A DNA stretch of 64,000 nucleotides, from contig CAJXDY010000002.1 of the NCBI GenBank assembly GCA_913052135.1, positions 33,820 to 97,819 on the forward strand. The letters are read 5' to 3'. A program made the position numbers and the translations under genes. Numbering within the stretch: position 1 is the first letter of the stretch; each line of letters starts with the position of its first letter. Positions 47,985-58,245 of this stretch are shown piece by piece. Source of the stretch: an uncultured Acidobacteriota bacterium (lineage in GTDB: Bacteria; Acidobacteriota; Vicinamibacteria; Vicinamibacterales; UBA823). The notes under the pieces were generated by a model, which was given only the letters and a program-made list of their open reading frames with translations, was not told where the DNA came from and did not search any database.

Positions 47985-48632
47985 TTAATTCCTCGGAAGC
48001 CGTTCTCCAGCTCGAACGGGTGTGCTTAGTTGGTTTTCAGGTGGTGGATATGGACAATCGTAACGTTCATCGTAATAACAGAACGGGTGGTAGGCGAGAT
48101 TAAAGTCCAGATCGTAAATCCCACTTGAAGTGAGACTTAGATCTAAATAGCGACCAGCCGGGTAAGTTTCAGTCCCATTTGTTAAATCCCCAAAGGGAAC
48201 AAATAAGTTTTCTCGGTCGTTGCTACTAGCTTCAACGAAAGCAGAAAGATTTGAAGGGTTGCCCTTTAATGTGAACTCCAAGATGCCCACCCGACGCATA
48301 GTTCTTCTTTTACCTGTCGACGTCGGAATTTCAAATTCTACTTGGTTATTGTCGATTTGAAGCGATGCTGGCACGCGGTATCCTAACGCCGGAGGAAAGT
48401 AGCTTAAAGGGAGTAAAGTCTCTCGCCGCGATAACGGAACTGGTGAATCTGAGCTGTTCTGGAATTCCGTATCCTTAAATGCACGAGCGGCTGTTAATTG
48501 TTCTGGGTAGGAGGCCTGAGATGGGGGTGCAGGCGCGCTGCATCCTCCCAAAACAAGGATTAGATACCCTATCACCTGCCGTAAAGTGTGCCACTTTAGG
48601 CAAGGAGTGTTGCTGAAGAGAACCTTGATCAT
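47985..48632 (-). CDS. DUF1684 family protein, probable lipoprotein
   Basis: LGGC lipobox; FGDLTNGTETYPAGRYL, DFNLAYHPFC...CP...AGE. Confidence 0.85.
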   Translation of the reverse strand: MIKVLFSNTPCLKWHTLRQVIGYLILVLGGCSAPAPPSQASYPEQLTAARAFKDTEFQNSSDSPVPLSRRETLLPLSYFPPALGYRVPASLQIDNNQVEFEIPTSTGKRRTMRRVGILEFTLKGNPSNLSAFVEASSNDRENLFVPFGDLTNGTETYPAGRYLDLSLTSSGIYDLDFNLAYHPFCYYDERYDCPYPPPENQLSTPVRAGERLPRN

Positions 48633-48788
48633 CTACAAAATAATAACCGGTTCTAGTCAATAACGTATCAATGAACTGTTTTTGGATTAAACCAAGGCTG
48701 ATTGACTTGTTGAGACATCCGCCGCAAGGTCCGCCCAGAACAAAAAGATCGAAATCTGAATTAATTTCTTGGCATAAACGGACGTAAT

Positions 48789-49556
48789 TTAGAAATCGTG
48801 GGTTGCAACGAATGGTTCGACTATTTCTGCGAAGTCTTCAGGACGGCTAATAAGGCCAATGTGTCCAGTTCTACCCAATGTCGCACTGACTGCGTGAGGT
48901 ATCAGGCGAAGAAATTCTTTTGTGCTGTTAACTGGGACAACTCTATCCAGACGCGATTCCCCAGTGATAACCAGTGTTGGTGCAGTCACCTTTATGCAAT
49001 CCGTTTCAAAATTAATTCCTTTGAGCAGTCGTATTCGTTTAGCCATCTGCGTTGGTGAACAGGGTGCAGTTACAACTCGAAATGTGTGCTTAAGTGAGAA
49101 AGCGATGCATGCGGGCAAGGTATCGTGCGCCCTCGCTATTTCATGCCATAGACGGGATGAGCCTCGGGCCACGAAGGCCGGAAACAGTAAACGCGGCAAT
49201 CGTAGATATCTTTCGATTTGATAGTTAGGTTTCCAACTAGGGCTAGGAGTTGATACCAGAATTAAAGAAGAAACGCGATTTGTGTGACGTGCCGCGTAAT
49301 GAAGTGCAATTAAACCACCGTATGAAACACCGCAGATTGTAGCCTGCTCCAGTTCAGCGGTATTTAATATTTGGTCCAGTTGTTCTACGAAGTGATCGAA
49401 CCCATTACCGTTACCGTCTAACTTAGTTCGGCTGAGCGAGTAGGTAAGAACTCGGTGCCGGCGCGAAAGCGTCACGATCGCCGGATGCATCCACTCCCAC
49501 CGCCCTTCGATTCCAGGGACTACTACGATCGGAGATCCGGTTCCAGTGTCGATCAT
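48789..49556 (-). CDS. Alpha/beta hydrolase
   Basis: GVSYGG nucleophile elbow, acid region GESRLD, GHIG. Confidence 0.8.
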   Translation of the reverse strand: MIDTGTGSPIVVVPGIEGRWEWMHPAIVTLSRRHRVLTYSLSRTKLDGNGNGFDHFVEQLDQILNTAELEQATICGVSYGGLIALHYAARHTNRVSSLILVSTPSPSWKPNYQIERYLRLPRLLFPAFVARGSSRLWHEIARAHDTLPACIAFSLKHTFRVVTAPCSPTQMAKRIRLLKGINFETDCIKVTAPTLVITGESRLDRVVPVNSTKEFLRLIPHAVSATLGRTGHIGLISRPEDFAEIVEPFVATHDF

Positions 49557-49592
49557 TACAGGGTGAAGCGATTACTCGAATACTGCAAAATC

Positions 49593-50444
49593 CTATGGTG
49601 ATTGTATGACTTGCTCAAGAAGTAATTTCGCTTCGGCACTTTCAGTCGAATTGGGTTCAGAGGTAATTGCCATTTCTAGGAACATGCGAGCCGACTCGCG
49701 ATTTTCAGTGGCCAATGCCACCTGTCCAAGTTTTAAAAGCGGCTTGCTCCAGGCTAGGTCTGTATTATGAGCTTTCCAGTACCAGCCCTGCGCTTCGTCG
49801 GTCATACCAGCAGCGAGACGAATGTCGCCAAAGTTGCAGTAAACCTCACGAGCAATTGATGAATCGAGGTCATTTTCAAGAATCATTTGGTACGCTATTT
49901 GTGCTTCTTCGTAACTTTCATTCTGGAAATATGCGTGTCCTAATTTCAGGTTGACCAATGTTAATGCAGGGGCTATCTCGATAATCTCTTGATAAAGGTG
50001 AATGGCATCTTCATAACGATGCTCCACTTCTGCCGATTCTGCGGCCTGCAACTTCTCTTGCACGTCGCCGATTTCCAGTCCGGTTAGTGCACCGATACCG
50101 AAGCCTGCAGCACCACGTGCAAGCATGAATTTAAGTGGCCGGTTACGAACGTATTCTCGAACCCGAACTAATTGCTGTGAAGGGATAAAACCAGGCGACT
50201 GAACCGTGAATGCCCATGGTCCACCGTTTAGTGTAATGAATCCGAAGAACCCTTTTTCGTCGGTTGTTGACGTGAAGGATTTAGCCGTGTTTTCGGCTGT
50301 GACCGTTGCGCCTTGAATTGGCTCCTCGGTTTCATTTAATACCGTTCCCACAATTCTTGCCTGAGCTAGTGTCGATATAGTGAGAACGCTATACCACAGC
50401 GTAATAACCAAGAATTTCAGCGGCACCCGTAATGCTTGTTGCAT
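49593..50444 (-). CDS. Secreted carboxypeptidase-regulatory-like (beta-sandwich) domain plus TPR protein
   Basis: Signal peptide, IVGTV...PIQGATV...TTDEKG, followed by TPR-like helices. Confidence 0.78.
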   Translation of the reverse strand: MQQALRVPLKFLVITLWYSVLTISTLAQARIVGTVLNETEEPIQGATVTAENTAKSFTSTTDEKGFFGFITLNGGPWAFTVQSPGFIPSQQLVRVREYVRNRPLKFMLARGAAGFGIGALTGLEIGDVQEKLQAAESAEVEHRYEDAIHLYQEIIEIAPALTLVNLKLGHAYFQNESYEEAQIAYQMILENDLDSSIAREVYCNFGDIRLAAGMTDEAQGWYWKAHNTDLAWSKPLLKLGQVALATENRESARMFLEMAITSEPNSTESAEAKLLLEQVIQSP

Positions 50445-50572
50445 AAAATTGCTAGAGATGACGAATAGTTGCCTTAATCGAATCCCTTACCGGTATGCAA
50501 TCATCGATTATTCTGCAAGTATAATCCAGAAGCTTAGCTACGGCTTGTGGAACTAGTCGGAACGGACACGAT

Positions 50573-53002
50573 ATGCCTACGACATCAAATCACTCATTGC
50601 GACCCCGACTTACGTCGCTGGTTCTGCTCATTGGATTCATCTTTTTACTGACCGGCGGTTCGACGGTCTTGGCGCAGGAAGCGACACCGCCATTCGATAC
50701 AGAAAAACTATTCAGTGTGGATCGATTAATCACGCAGGCGATTGATGACGGGGAATTGCCTGGTGCGGTCGTCGTCGTGGGTTACGGTGACGAGATTGTG
50801 TATCAAAAGGCTTTTGGAAGTCGTGTCGTGAGTCAAGGTCAAGGTCTTGAGGAGATGACCGTCGATACCATTTTTGACCTAGCGTCCTTAACCAAGGTGG
50901 TTGCAACTACTACAAGCATCATGATGCTAGTTGAGATGGGCGAGATCAGGCTCCGCGATAGGGTAGCCACTTTTATTCCAGAGTTTGCTCGATATGGAAA
51001 AGAAAACGTTACGATTCATCACCTGCTGACCCATATGTCTGGATTACGTCCCGACCTCGATCTAAATCGTTCGTGGAAGGGCTCTGATGTCGCCATTCAG
51101 TTGGCGACTGAAGAGATTCTTTTGGCATCACCAGGTACCAAATTTATTTATAGTGACATCAATTTCTTTTTGCTGGGTGAGATTGTACGGCGAGTCAGCG
51201 AGATGGCTCTCGATGAATTCGCACAAACGAAAGTGTTTGAACCGCTGGGGATGTCCGACACGATGTTTCGACCACCTCGGTCGATGCAGCCACGTATTGC
51301 TCCCACGGAGTCTTGTACGATGTACGGCTGGCCGTGCGGTGGTGACGGAGCAACAATGTTACGCGGTGTCGTACATGACCCAACTTCGCGGCGTATGGGT
51401 GGGGTGGCCGGACATGCTGGGTTGTTCAGCACGGTGTCGGACTTGGTGCGGTTTTGTCGCATGCTGCTCGCAGGTGGCGTAATCGAGGGGGTTCGTATTT
51501 TCTCGCCACTAACCGTTGCAACCATGACATCAGTTGCAACACCGGCGACTGAACCAAATCGACGTGGTCTAGGATGGGACATTGACTCAGTATTTTCGTC
51601 AAATCGAGGCGAATTCTTTTCAATCGGGTCGTTTGGTCACACTGGATTTACTGGCACTTCACTTTGGATCGATCCCCGCACCAAAACCTTCGTAGTGTTT
51701 CTATCGAGCCGGCTCCATCCGGATGGTACAGGTAACGTCGTTGCTCTGAGAGCTAAGGTGGCGACAGCTGTAGCGGCTGCGATCACCGATATTCCTGAGC
51801 TTGACGTTAAAGTTACCGAATTGATTGGTACGGACTTCGGTCCTGTCGGCGAAATTCCCAGGTTTTCCCGGTCACCGGTACTAAATGGTGTTGATGTGCT
51901 TCGTGCGAGTGACTTTGACCAATTAAAGGACAAGCGAGTCGGATTACTGACGAACCATACTGGCTTAGCCCATGATGGTACTCCCACAGCTGACTTGTTA
52001 TGGCAAGCGGAAGGCGTTGAACTGGTGTCACTTTTTAGCCCCGAACACGGTATCCGCGGTGTGAAGGACTCCGCTGTGCCTTCAAGTCGTGACGAAGCGA
52101 CAGGTATACCCATTTATTCACTCTACGGTGACACTCGACGGCCAACCTTAGAAATGCTTGATGGTCTCGACGTCCTGGTCGTTGATCTTCAGGATGTTGG
52201 TGTTCGCTTTTACACCTATATGTCAACGATGGCCTATGTAATGGAAGCTGGCGCAAAGCACGGCGTATCTGTCATGGTGCTTGATCGCCCAAATCCCATT
52301 AACGGCACACAAATTGAAGGCCCGATCCAAGATCAAGAGGCACGGGGCTTTACCGGTTATTTTCCAATGCCGATTCGCCACGGTTTGACGCTTGGAGAAC
52401 TTGCGCAATTGTTCAATGTCGAATTATCGATCGGTGCCGACCTAACAGTGGTGGCCATGAAAGGTTGGCAGAGAGATGCTTGGTTCGAGGCCACCGCACA
52501 ACGATGGGTTAACCCTTCACCTAATATGCGAAATCTCATTCAGGCATCGCTCTATGCTGGAATTGGTGCGATTGAAGGTACGAACATTTCTGTTGGACGT
52601 GGCACGGACACGCCCTTTGAACAGATCGGCGCACCCTGGATTGATGGTCTAGCGCTGGCCAAACGAATGAATGAACGTATGCTGCCTGGTGTTGGGTTTT
52701 ATCCGGTATCGTTTGTACCAAATGGCAGTAAATATGTCGGCGAGCGATGTGAAGGTGTTTTTATCTTAGTGCTTGATCGCCAGTTGCTTAGACCAGTTCG
52801 GGTTGGGCTGGAATTGGCCTCTGCGCTGCAGGAGTTGTACGGCTCGCAATTTGATCTAGATGCTGCTGCACGTCTCTTCGGGTCCCGCGACGTACTTGCC
52901 CGAATTAAGGCGGGTGAGGATCCTGGCACCATTACCGCCCAGTGGGCGCCTGATGAGGATCGTTGGCGACTTCTCCGCGCTCCTTACCTGCTCTATTACT
53001 AG
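50573..53002 (+). CDS. namZ: Beta-lactamase/serine-hydrolase domain fused to exo-beta-N-acetylmuramidase NamZ (DUF1343)
   Basis: SLTK (SxxK), YSD, GHTGFTG in the N-half; GLLTNHTG, FSPEHG, DLQDVGVRFYTY, DRPNP, PSPN in the C-half. Confidence 0.88.
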   Translation: MPTTSNHSLRPRLTSLVLLIGFIFLLTGGSTVLAQEATPPFDTEKLFSVDRLITQAIDDGELPGAVVVVGYGDEIVYQKAFGSRVVSQGQGLEEMTVDTIFDLASLTKVVATTTSIMMLVEMGEIRLRDRVATFIPEFARYGKENVTIHHLLTHMSGLRPDLDLNRSWKGSDVAIQLATEEILLASPGTKFIYSDINFFLLGEIVRRVSEMALDEFAQTKVFEPLGMSDTMFRPPRSMQPRIAPTESCTMYGWPCGGDGATMLRGVVHDPTSRRMGGVAGHAGLFSTVSDLVRFCRMLLAGGVIEGVRIFSPLTVATMTSVATPATEPNRRGLGWDIDSVFSSNRGEFFSIGSFGHTGFTGTSLWIDPRTKTFVVFLSSRLHPDGTGNVVALRAKVATAVAAAITDIPELDVKVTELIGTDFGPVGEIPRFSRSPVLNGVDVLRASDFDQLKDKRVGLLTNHTGLAHDGTPTADLLWQAEGVELVSLFSPEHGIRGVKDSAVPSSRDEATGIPIYSLYGDTRRPTLEMLDGLDVLVVDLQDVGVRFYTYMSTMAYVMEAGAKHGVSVMVLDRPNPINGTQIEGPIQDQEARGFTGYFPMPIRHGLTLGELAQLFNVELSIGADLTVVAMKGWQRDAWFEATAQRWVNPSPNMRNLIQASLYAGIGAIEGTNISVGRGTDTPFEQIGAPWIDGLALAKRMNERMLPGVGFYPVSFVPNGSKYVGERCEGVFILVLDRQLLRPVRVGLELASALQELYGSQFDLDAAARLFGSRDVLARIKAGEDPGTITAQWAPDEDRWRLLRAPYLLYY

Positions 53003-53004
53003 TT

Positions 53005-53421
53005 TTAAAGTTGATAGAGCATCAGGTAAACAATGACCCCAGTGACTGATACATACAACCAGATAGGAAGCGTCCACCGCGCAATTGCTACATGACGTTC
53101 GTCCTGTTTCCGAAGTCCTCGGGTCACAGTGATTAACGCCAGTGGGAGAACGGTGACTGCCAAAATGACGTGTGAAATAAGGATCGAAAAATACACAAAG
53201 CGAAGAAAACCCACACCCTGAAACGGTTGTGAGCCTATGTTGAAGTGGTAGACGAGGTATGAAGTTAAGAACAGGGTGGAGGTAAAACACGCTAGTCCCA
53301 TGCAGAACTTATGACGCGTGATCTGTCGTTGCCGAATCATGGCATAACCTGTGACCAGTAATATAGTGGAAAGACCGTTAAGTGATGCATTGATGGCTGG
53401 CAAGTCTGAAATTTCAAGCAT
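53005..53421 (-). CDS. DUF420 membrane protein (often cytochrome oxidase-associated)
   Basis: LPAINASLN, HKFCM, YLVYH, LWLYVSVTG. Confidence 0.88.
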   Translation of the reverse strand: MLEISDLPAINASLNGLSTILLVTGYAMIRQRQITRHKFCMGLACFTSTLFLTSYLVYHFNIGSQPFQGVGFLRFVYFSILISHVILAVTVLPLALITVTRGLRKQDERHVAIARWTLPIWLYVSVTGVIVYLMLYQL

Positions 53422-53470
53422 GGGAACACCTTCACCGATTAAAAAAACTGATGGTTAGAAGTCGTGTGTC

Positions 53471-54235
53471 CTAATTTAATTTCTTAGTGTGTACTGAAAC
53501 TGCACCAGCTATAAGCATCGCAATGCCAAAAGCTGTGAGCACTAATAGTGACGTTGCTAGTGATGGCCCTGTTCCACTGGCGCCCTCAGCTAACACGGAC
53601 CGGACTGCTGAGACGCCATAGGTCATTGGATTGACCAACATAATATTCTGAATCCACTTGGAGGCGCCGTATGCTGGAAACACCGCGCCGGATAGAAGCC
53701 ACATTGGGACGAGTAGTAAATTCATGACCGCGTGAAAACCTTGCGTCGAATCTAGCCACCAGGCCAGGACGAAGCCTAGGCCAGTCAGCCCAAAGGCAAA
53801 CACGCTGAGCACCAGGACAAGTGTCGGTAGTGTGTTCCAGGAAGGACTTGCATTGGCTAATGGTGCCAGCAGTAGAAACAGGCCTGCTTGCCCACACGCG
53901 AGCGTCGTTCCACCCAGAGTCTTACCAATCACAATCGAGATCCGAGGTATCGGCGCGACTAGGACTCCTTGTAAAAAACCTGTCTGCCGATCCTCGATAA
54001 CGGAAATAGTCGAGAAGATAGCCGTGAACAAGATGATAAGCACAAGCGTGCCAGGATAGAAGTACTCTAGATAATCTACCTGTGCGTTTGTGTCGGCGCG
54101 GAATGATGATCGGAGTCCTGAGCCTAGCAATATCCAGAAAACAACAGGCGTCCCCAATGCTCCAATGATGCGGCTGCGCTGGCGGCAAAAGCGCACAATG
54201 TCACGGATCCAAAGTGTATAGATTGCGACTAGCAT
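53471..54235 (-). CDS. ABC-2 type transporter permease
   Basis: FYPG, DRQTGFLQGVLVAP, LSGAVFP, NPMTYG. Confidence 0.9.
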   Translation of the reverse strand: MLVAIYTLWIRDIVRFCRQRSRIIGALGTPVVFWILLGSGLRSSFRADTNAQVDYLEYFYPGTLVLIILFTAIFSTISVIEDRQTGFLQGVLVAPIPRISIVIGKTLGGTTLACGQAGLFLLLAPLANASPSWNTLPTLVLVLSVFAFGLTGLGFVLAWWLDSTQGFHAVMNLLLVPMWLLSGAVFPAYGASKWIQNIMLVNPMTYGVSAVRSVLAEGASGTGPSLATSLLVLTAFGIAMLIAGAVSVHTKKLN

Positions 54236-55195
54236 TTAGTGCAACGCCTGTCCGGTGTGATGCATAAAGACGTCTTCGAGCGTTGGTTTTCCGAACGTGA
54301 TAGCGTCAATTTCACCAGGAAATGCCTCAACCAGTCCTGGGATAAATTCATGGGCGCGAGGCTGCTGCAGCCGAAGACGGTTTTCGACAATATCTACGTG
54401 TGTGTCGAAACGGGCTTTGATACGGGATGCTAGCACTTCCAAATTTTGAGAGGACACGAAGATGATGTCATCTCCAAGATTAGCCGTAAGTGATGCCGGC
54501 GGCCCACAAGCGACCAGGCGACCTTTATGTAAGATGCCAACCACGTCGCATTCCGAGGCTTCTTCCATTAAATGAGTGTTTACGACGATTGTGGTGCCTT
54601 TCGTTCGACGAAGCATCTGCAGGTGTTTCCAGACATCCCGACGCGCACCCGGGTCGATTCCTGTGCTCGGTTCATCTAGCAATAAAACGGTTGGTGCTGG
54701 GAGCAGCGCTTTGGCGAGTTCTACACGTCGTTGCAGTCCACCCGACAGCGTGCCGACCAACGCATTAGCGCGATCGTCGACATGGATGAGATGTAGTAAT
54801 TCGGCGATTCGTGTTGACAGAGTGTGTCCTGAGATTCCGTACAGACGACCGTGATGCTGGAGATTCTCTTTCACTGAGAGGAGGCTGTCGAGCGCTGGAG
54901 ACTGAAACATTACACCGAGGTTACGGCGAACACGGTTGGCACTACCTTGAACATCTTCTCCACACACGCGCACTGTCCCGCTAGTTGGCCGAAGCAATGT
55001 TGAGGCTATTCGAAACAATGTTGTCTTCCCACTACCATTCGGACCCAGTAATGCGAATGAGGTGCCCATATCCACACGAAAGCTGACTGACTTAAGTGCT
55101 TCGTTTTCACCGTAGCGATGTACGAGTTCTGAGACGTCGAGCGCTGAAACGTTTAGGTGACGCCCGGTCGATGACGTTTCTGATAGTTTAGGCAT
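54236..55195 (-). CDS. ABC transporter ATP-binding protein
   Basis: GPNGSGKTT, LSGG, LLDEP, H-loop, PTLEDVF. Confidence 0.95.
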   Translation of the reverse strand: MPKLSETSSTGRHLNVSALDVSELVHRYGENEALKSVSFRVDMGTSFALLGPNGSGKTTLFRIASTLLRPTSGTVRVCGEDVQGSANRVRRNLGVMFQSPALDSLLSVKENLQHHGRLYGISGHTLSTRIAELLHLIHVDDRANALVGTLSGGLQRRVELAKALLPAPTVLLLDEPSTGIDPGARRDVWKHLQMLRRTKGTTIVVNTHLMEEASECDVVGILHKGRLVACGPPASLTANLGDDIIFVSSQNLEVLASRIKARFDTHVDIVENRLRLQQPRAHEFIPGLVEAFPGEIDAITFGKPTLEDVFMHHTGQALH

Positions 55196-56084
55196 CGTTG
55201 ACTTGAGTAAGTATTAATAGTCCAAACAGTAATGGGAGATAGATGATTGAGCCAATGAATAACCACCGCGCGTTGGTCACCGTACGGGCGATTGCAAAAC
55301 GGACCGCCAGCATTAAAAAACCTATTCCCAGTATTACTGAGCCAGGGACATACGAAAAACCTGCCAGTCCAATCCATGTGGGGGTAACACTGACCGGTAT
55401 CAAAAGTGCAATAAACGCGATCATGTGCCGGGTCGTGCGATCACCTAAAGGGTCGAGAACCGGTAGAAACAAAAATTCTGCACGCTTAAAATCCTCACGA
55501 TACATCCAGGCAATCGCGAGGAAGTGAGGAATTTGCCACAGAAACACGATTCCGAACAATATCCAACCTTCAATGCTGACCGTGCCGCGAGCGGCCGCCC
55601 ATCCTAACGCTGCCGGAAGAGCGCCTGGTATTGCCCCGATGGCAATTGCCCAGGAAGTGCGTTGTTTGAGCGGTGTGTAAATCGCCACATAGATCAGTAG
55701 GGTGGCCAAGGCTAGAACGGTGGCCACTAAGGGCGTACCAAGAAGCAGGATCAGTAACCCAGATCCCGCAAGGCCTATACCTAATAAACGACCTTCTCGC
55801 GATTCTAAACGCCTATCAGGTATTGGCCGCAAACGCGTTCGTTCCATGAGGCCGTCTGGCTCACACTCGGCGACTTGATTGAGGGCTGCCGCGCCACCGG
55901 CTACTAGGGCCGTTCCTAGTAGAGTATTAACAAAGGTAATCAATTCAAATGTTCCACGAGAACCTAGATAGTAGCCTACCCCCGTCGTCATGATAACGAG
56001 CGAATTGAGCCGAGGTTTTGTCAGCGCGATGTAGTCCATGAAACGACTGCGTGGCGCTGCTAGTATGACCACACCAGTCTTCAT
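55188..56084 (-). CDS. ctaB: Heme o synthase (protoheme IX farnesyltransferase)
   Basis: LTKPR, DGLMERTRLRP, YTPLKQRT, WQIPHF, YREDF. Confidence 0.95.
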   Translation of the reverse strand: MKTGVVILAAPRSRFMDYIALTKPRLNSLVIMTTGVGYYLGSRGTFELITFVNTLLGTALVAGGAAALNQVAECEPDGLMERTRLRPIPDRRLESREGRLLGIGLAGSGLLILLLGTPLVATVLALATLLIYVAIYTPLKQRTSWAIAIGAIPGALPAALGWAAARGTVSIEGWILFGIVFLWQIPHFLAIAWMYREDFKRAEFLFLPVLDPLGDRTTRHMIAFIALLIPVSVTPTWIGLAGFSYVPGSVILGIGFLMLAVRFAIARTVTNARWLFIGSIIYLPLLFGLLILTQVNDA

Positions 56085-57121
56085 GGATTAGTTCCTAGTG
56101 ACGAGTGGGATGACGCCGTTGTTGAGGCAGCGAACCTGGTAGTTTCCGGTGTCGAAGTCATGGTTAGCCGAGTATGGTTGACGCGTAGTGTTAGGACTAC
56201 GCTCGTAACGAATAGTAGCGCTCCGACACCGAGGTGGCTCGTGTTGATCCCCACATGTTTTCCGCTCAATACAGTGAGAGCCCCTAACGTGAACTGTACA
56301 ATAACTAAGAGAATGAGGAATCCTGCTGGTTGGATCAACTCCTTCTTGGTTCGATGATGCACTAAGACATGCAAAGCGGTAGCCAAAACTGCGAAGACTA
56401 CGAAGAGAGCACCTACGCGATGAGTGAAATGAACCCCAATCTTCCAACTCCAGCTCGGTGGAATTAGATGCCCGAAGGCTAGTGGAAAATCTGGGATAGC
56501 CAGTCCTGCGTCGGTATGACGCATTGCAGCTCCGACAAGAATTTGCAGATAGATGAGTGCCGTCGTGGTCACCGTAAGGCGACTCAAGGCCAAATCTTTA
56601 TGCGCTACGGAGTGTTGACGACCAGTGTCTGAGTACCCAGCCAGCCACCCTGATGAGGTGAACAGCGCTATGGATACCGTTAGACAGAAGAAGATTTCGG
56701 CAAGCCCGGCGTGGGCGATCGAGATTGGCGCGGGAAGATAATAGAGCACTGTAATACCGCCAAGAGTTCCCTGCATAATAACTGTAACAAGCGCGATGAC
56801 TCCGAGTCGACGCATCCATCGACGTGGGTCCACGAGCCAGATCCAGCCGGCCAAAATAATTGTCAAGAAACCGACCATACTGGCGATGAGGCGATGTCCA
56901 TGCTCGTAGAAAATTCCCCCTACCATTTGTGAGAGAGGGAAGCTAAACATGAAGTATCCGTATGTGTTTGGCCAGTCAGGCACGGCGAGGCCTGATTCCG
57001 TGCTTGTAACTAAACCGCCGACCACTAGCAGGAGTAGTGTTGAACTAGCAAGAATGAGGGTAAAGCGATGGAGCCAAATCATGCGGCCGGATGAATTGTG
57101 ATGTTGCGGATGGGCAGGCAT
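56081..57121 (-). CDS. ctaA: Heme A synthase (COX15/CtaA)
   Basis: SGLAVPDWP, EHGHR, SIAHA, HR, TSHL. Confidence 0.88.
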   Translation of the reverse strand: MPAHPQHHNSSGRMIWLHRFTLILASSTLLLLVVGGLVTSTESGLAVPDWPNTYGYFMFSFPLSQMVGGIFYEHGHRLIASMVGFLTIILAGWIWLVDPRRWMRRLGVIALVTVIMQGTLGGITVLYYLPAPISIAHAGLAEIFFCLTVSIALFTSSGWLAGYSDTGRQHSVAHKDLALSRLTVTTTALIYLQILVGAAMRHTDAGLAIPDFPLAFGHLIPPSWSWKIGVHFTHRVGALFVVFAVLATALHVLVHHRTKKELIQPAGFLILLVIVQFTLGALTVLSGKHVGINTSHLGVGALLFVTSVVLTLRVNHTRLTMTSTPETTRFAASTTASSHSSLGTNP

Positions 57122-57154
57122 GCTAGCCGCCCATCCGCAAGAATTGTGCTGTTG

Positions 57155-57937
57155 CTAGCTGACCGTGAAGGTGAAACTAATTTCTGACGTTTCACTTTCA
57201 GTAATCGTTACGTTCTGGGTTTGCGTGCCGAGCATCTCGTGCCAGGCTTCGATTACGTAGTCACCGGGTGGCAGTGTATTAATGTTAAACGCTCCTCCGT
57301 CTGCACTCACGGAGTAGTACGGGTGATCGAGTACGCCGACGTAGGCGTTCATCCAGCCATGCACGTCACACTTGAAGGGCACCATCACCTCGACTTCGGT
57401 AAATTCAGTTTCAAACGTCATACCCTCGATCGGTTGACCAGTGTTGAATTCCTGATTCGTCATGGGTGTGGCGTGAATATTGTGCAATGTTGGATCGCTG
57501 TTTACGACTTGCAATGCCTGATCCACTTGGATACCAAACACGTGCGGCAGGTATGTACAGCCGTCCTGGTTCAGGATGACTGGTTCACTCGGAGTTGGAA
57601 AGGAATGACCTTCCAGTCCTGCCTTCACATACACAAACACGTTGTGCAGTGAACCATCATCACCGACCACATAGTACTCTGTCCTCGGGTTGTCCGGTCG
57701 TTCGCCCGCGCACACGGGGTCCGAGTTCATGCGAATAACTTCCGCTTCAGGAGCCGTGCCTTCGAGATTAATAGTGCCTGTGATATTACCAGCCGTGGCC
57801 GGATCGACAGCCATAGCAGCTGGTGCTTCGGGTTCCGTTGCAGGCGCTACATCCGTGTCGCCACCATTGCCACCACATGCTCCTGCCAGAACTACTACCA
57901 TCATCGAGGCCATCGTCCACATCTTTCGTGCTTCCAT
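57155..57937 (-). CDS. Lipoprotein with a cupredoxin-like Cu site and carboxypeptidase-regulatory-like domains
   Basis: AGGAG SD before ATG 57937; LAGAC; LHNIH and CDVHGWM (H...CxxHxxM). Confidence 0.72.
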   Translation of the reverse strand: MEARKMWTMASMMVVVLAGACGGNGGDTDVAPATEPEAPAAMAVDPATAGNITGTINLEGTAPEAEVIRMNSDPVCAGERPDNPRTEYYVVGDDGSLHNVFVYVKAGLEGHSFPTPSEPVILNQDGCTYLPHVFGIQVDQALQVVNSDPTLHNIHATPMTNQEFNTGQPIEGMTFETEFTEVEVMVPFKCDVHGWMNAYVGVLDHPYYSVSADGGAFNINTLPPGDYVIEAWHEMLGTQTQNVTITESETSEISFTFTVS

Positions 57938-58153
57938 CGATATCTCCTGCTGCGAGTAAAGGAAAGTAAAGTTATTACAACTAATCAATTTATCTGTTTG
58001 GAACTGCCCAGAACGTTAAAAATATCACAGCAGGCAGAGATCGTAAACACTGGTTCGCGTGACAACCGAAATTTAGACGTCCTCGGGTGTGAAGTTTATT
58101 GTTTTTCCTTATTCATTTGTCGTCTATTAGGAATTATTATTATCTAGATGAGT

Positions 58154-58228
58154 GGCGGTATCGTCTAGGGGTTAGGATACGTGGTTCTCAGCCACGTGAC
58201 CGGGGTTCGAATCCCCGTACCGCTACCA
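58154..58228 (+). tRNA. tRNA-Glu (anticodon CTC), CCA encoded
   Basis: GGCGGTA/TACCGCT acceptor stem, CGTGG-TTCTCAG-CCACG anticodon arm, GGTTCGAATCC T-arm. Confidence 0.96.
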
Positions 58229-58245
58229 AACATTAGTTAACCGAT

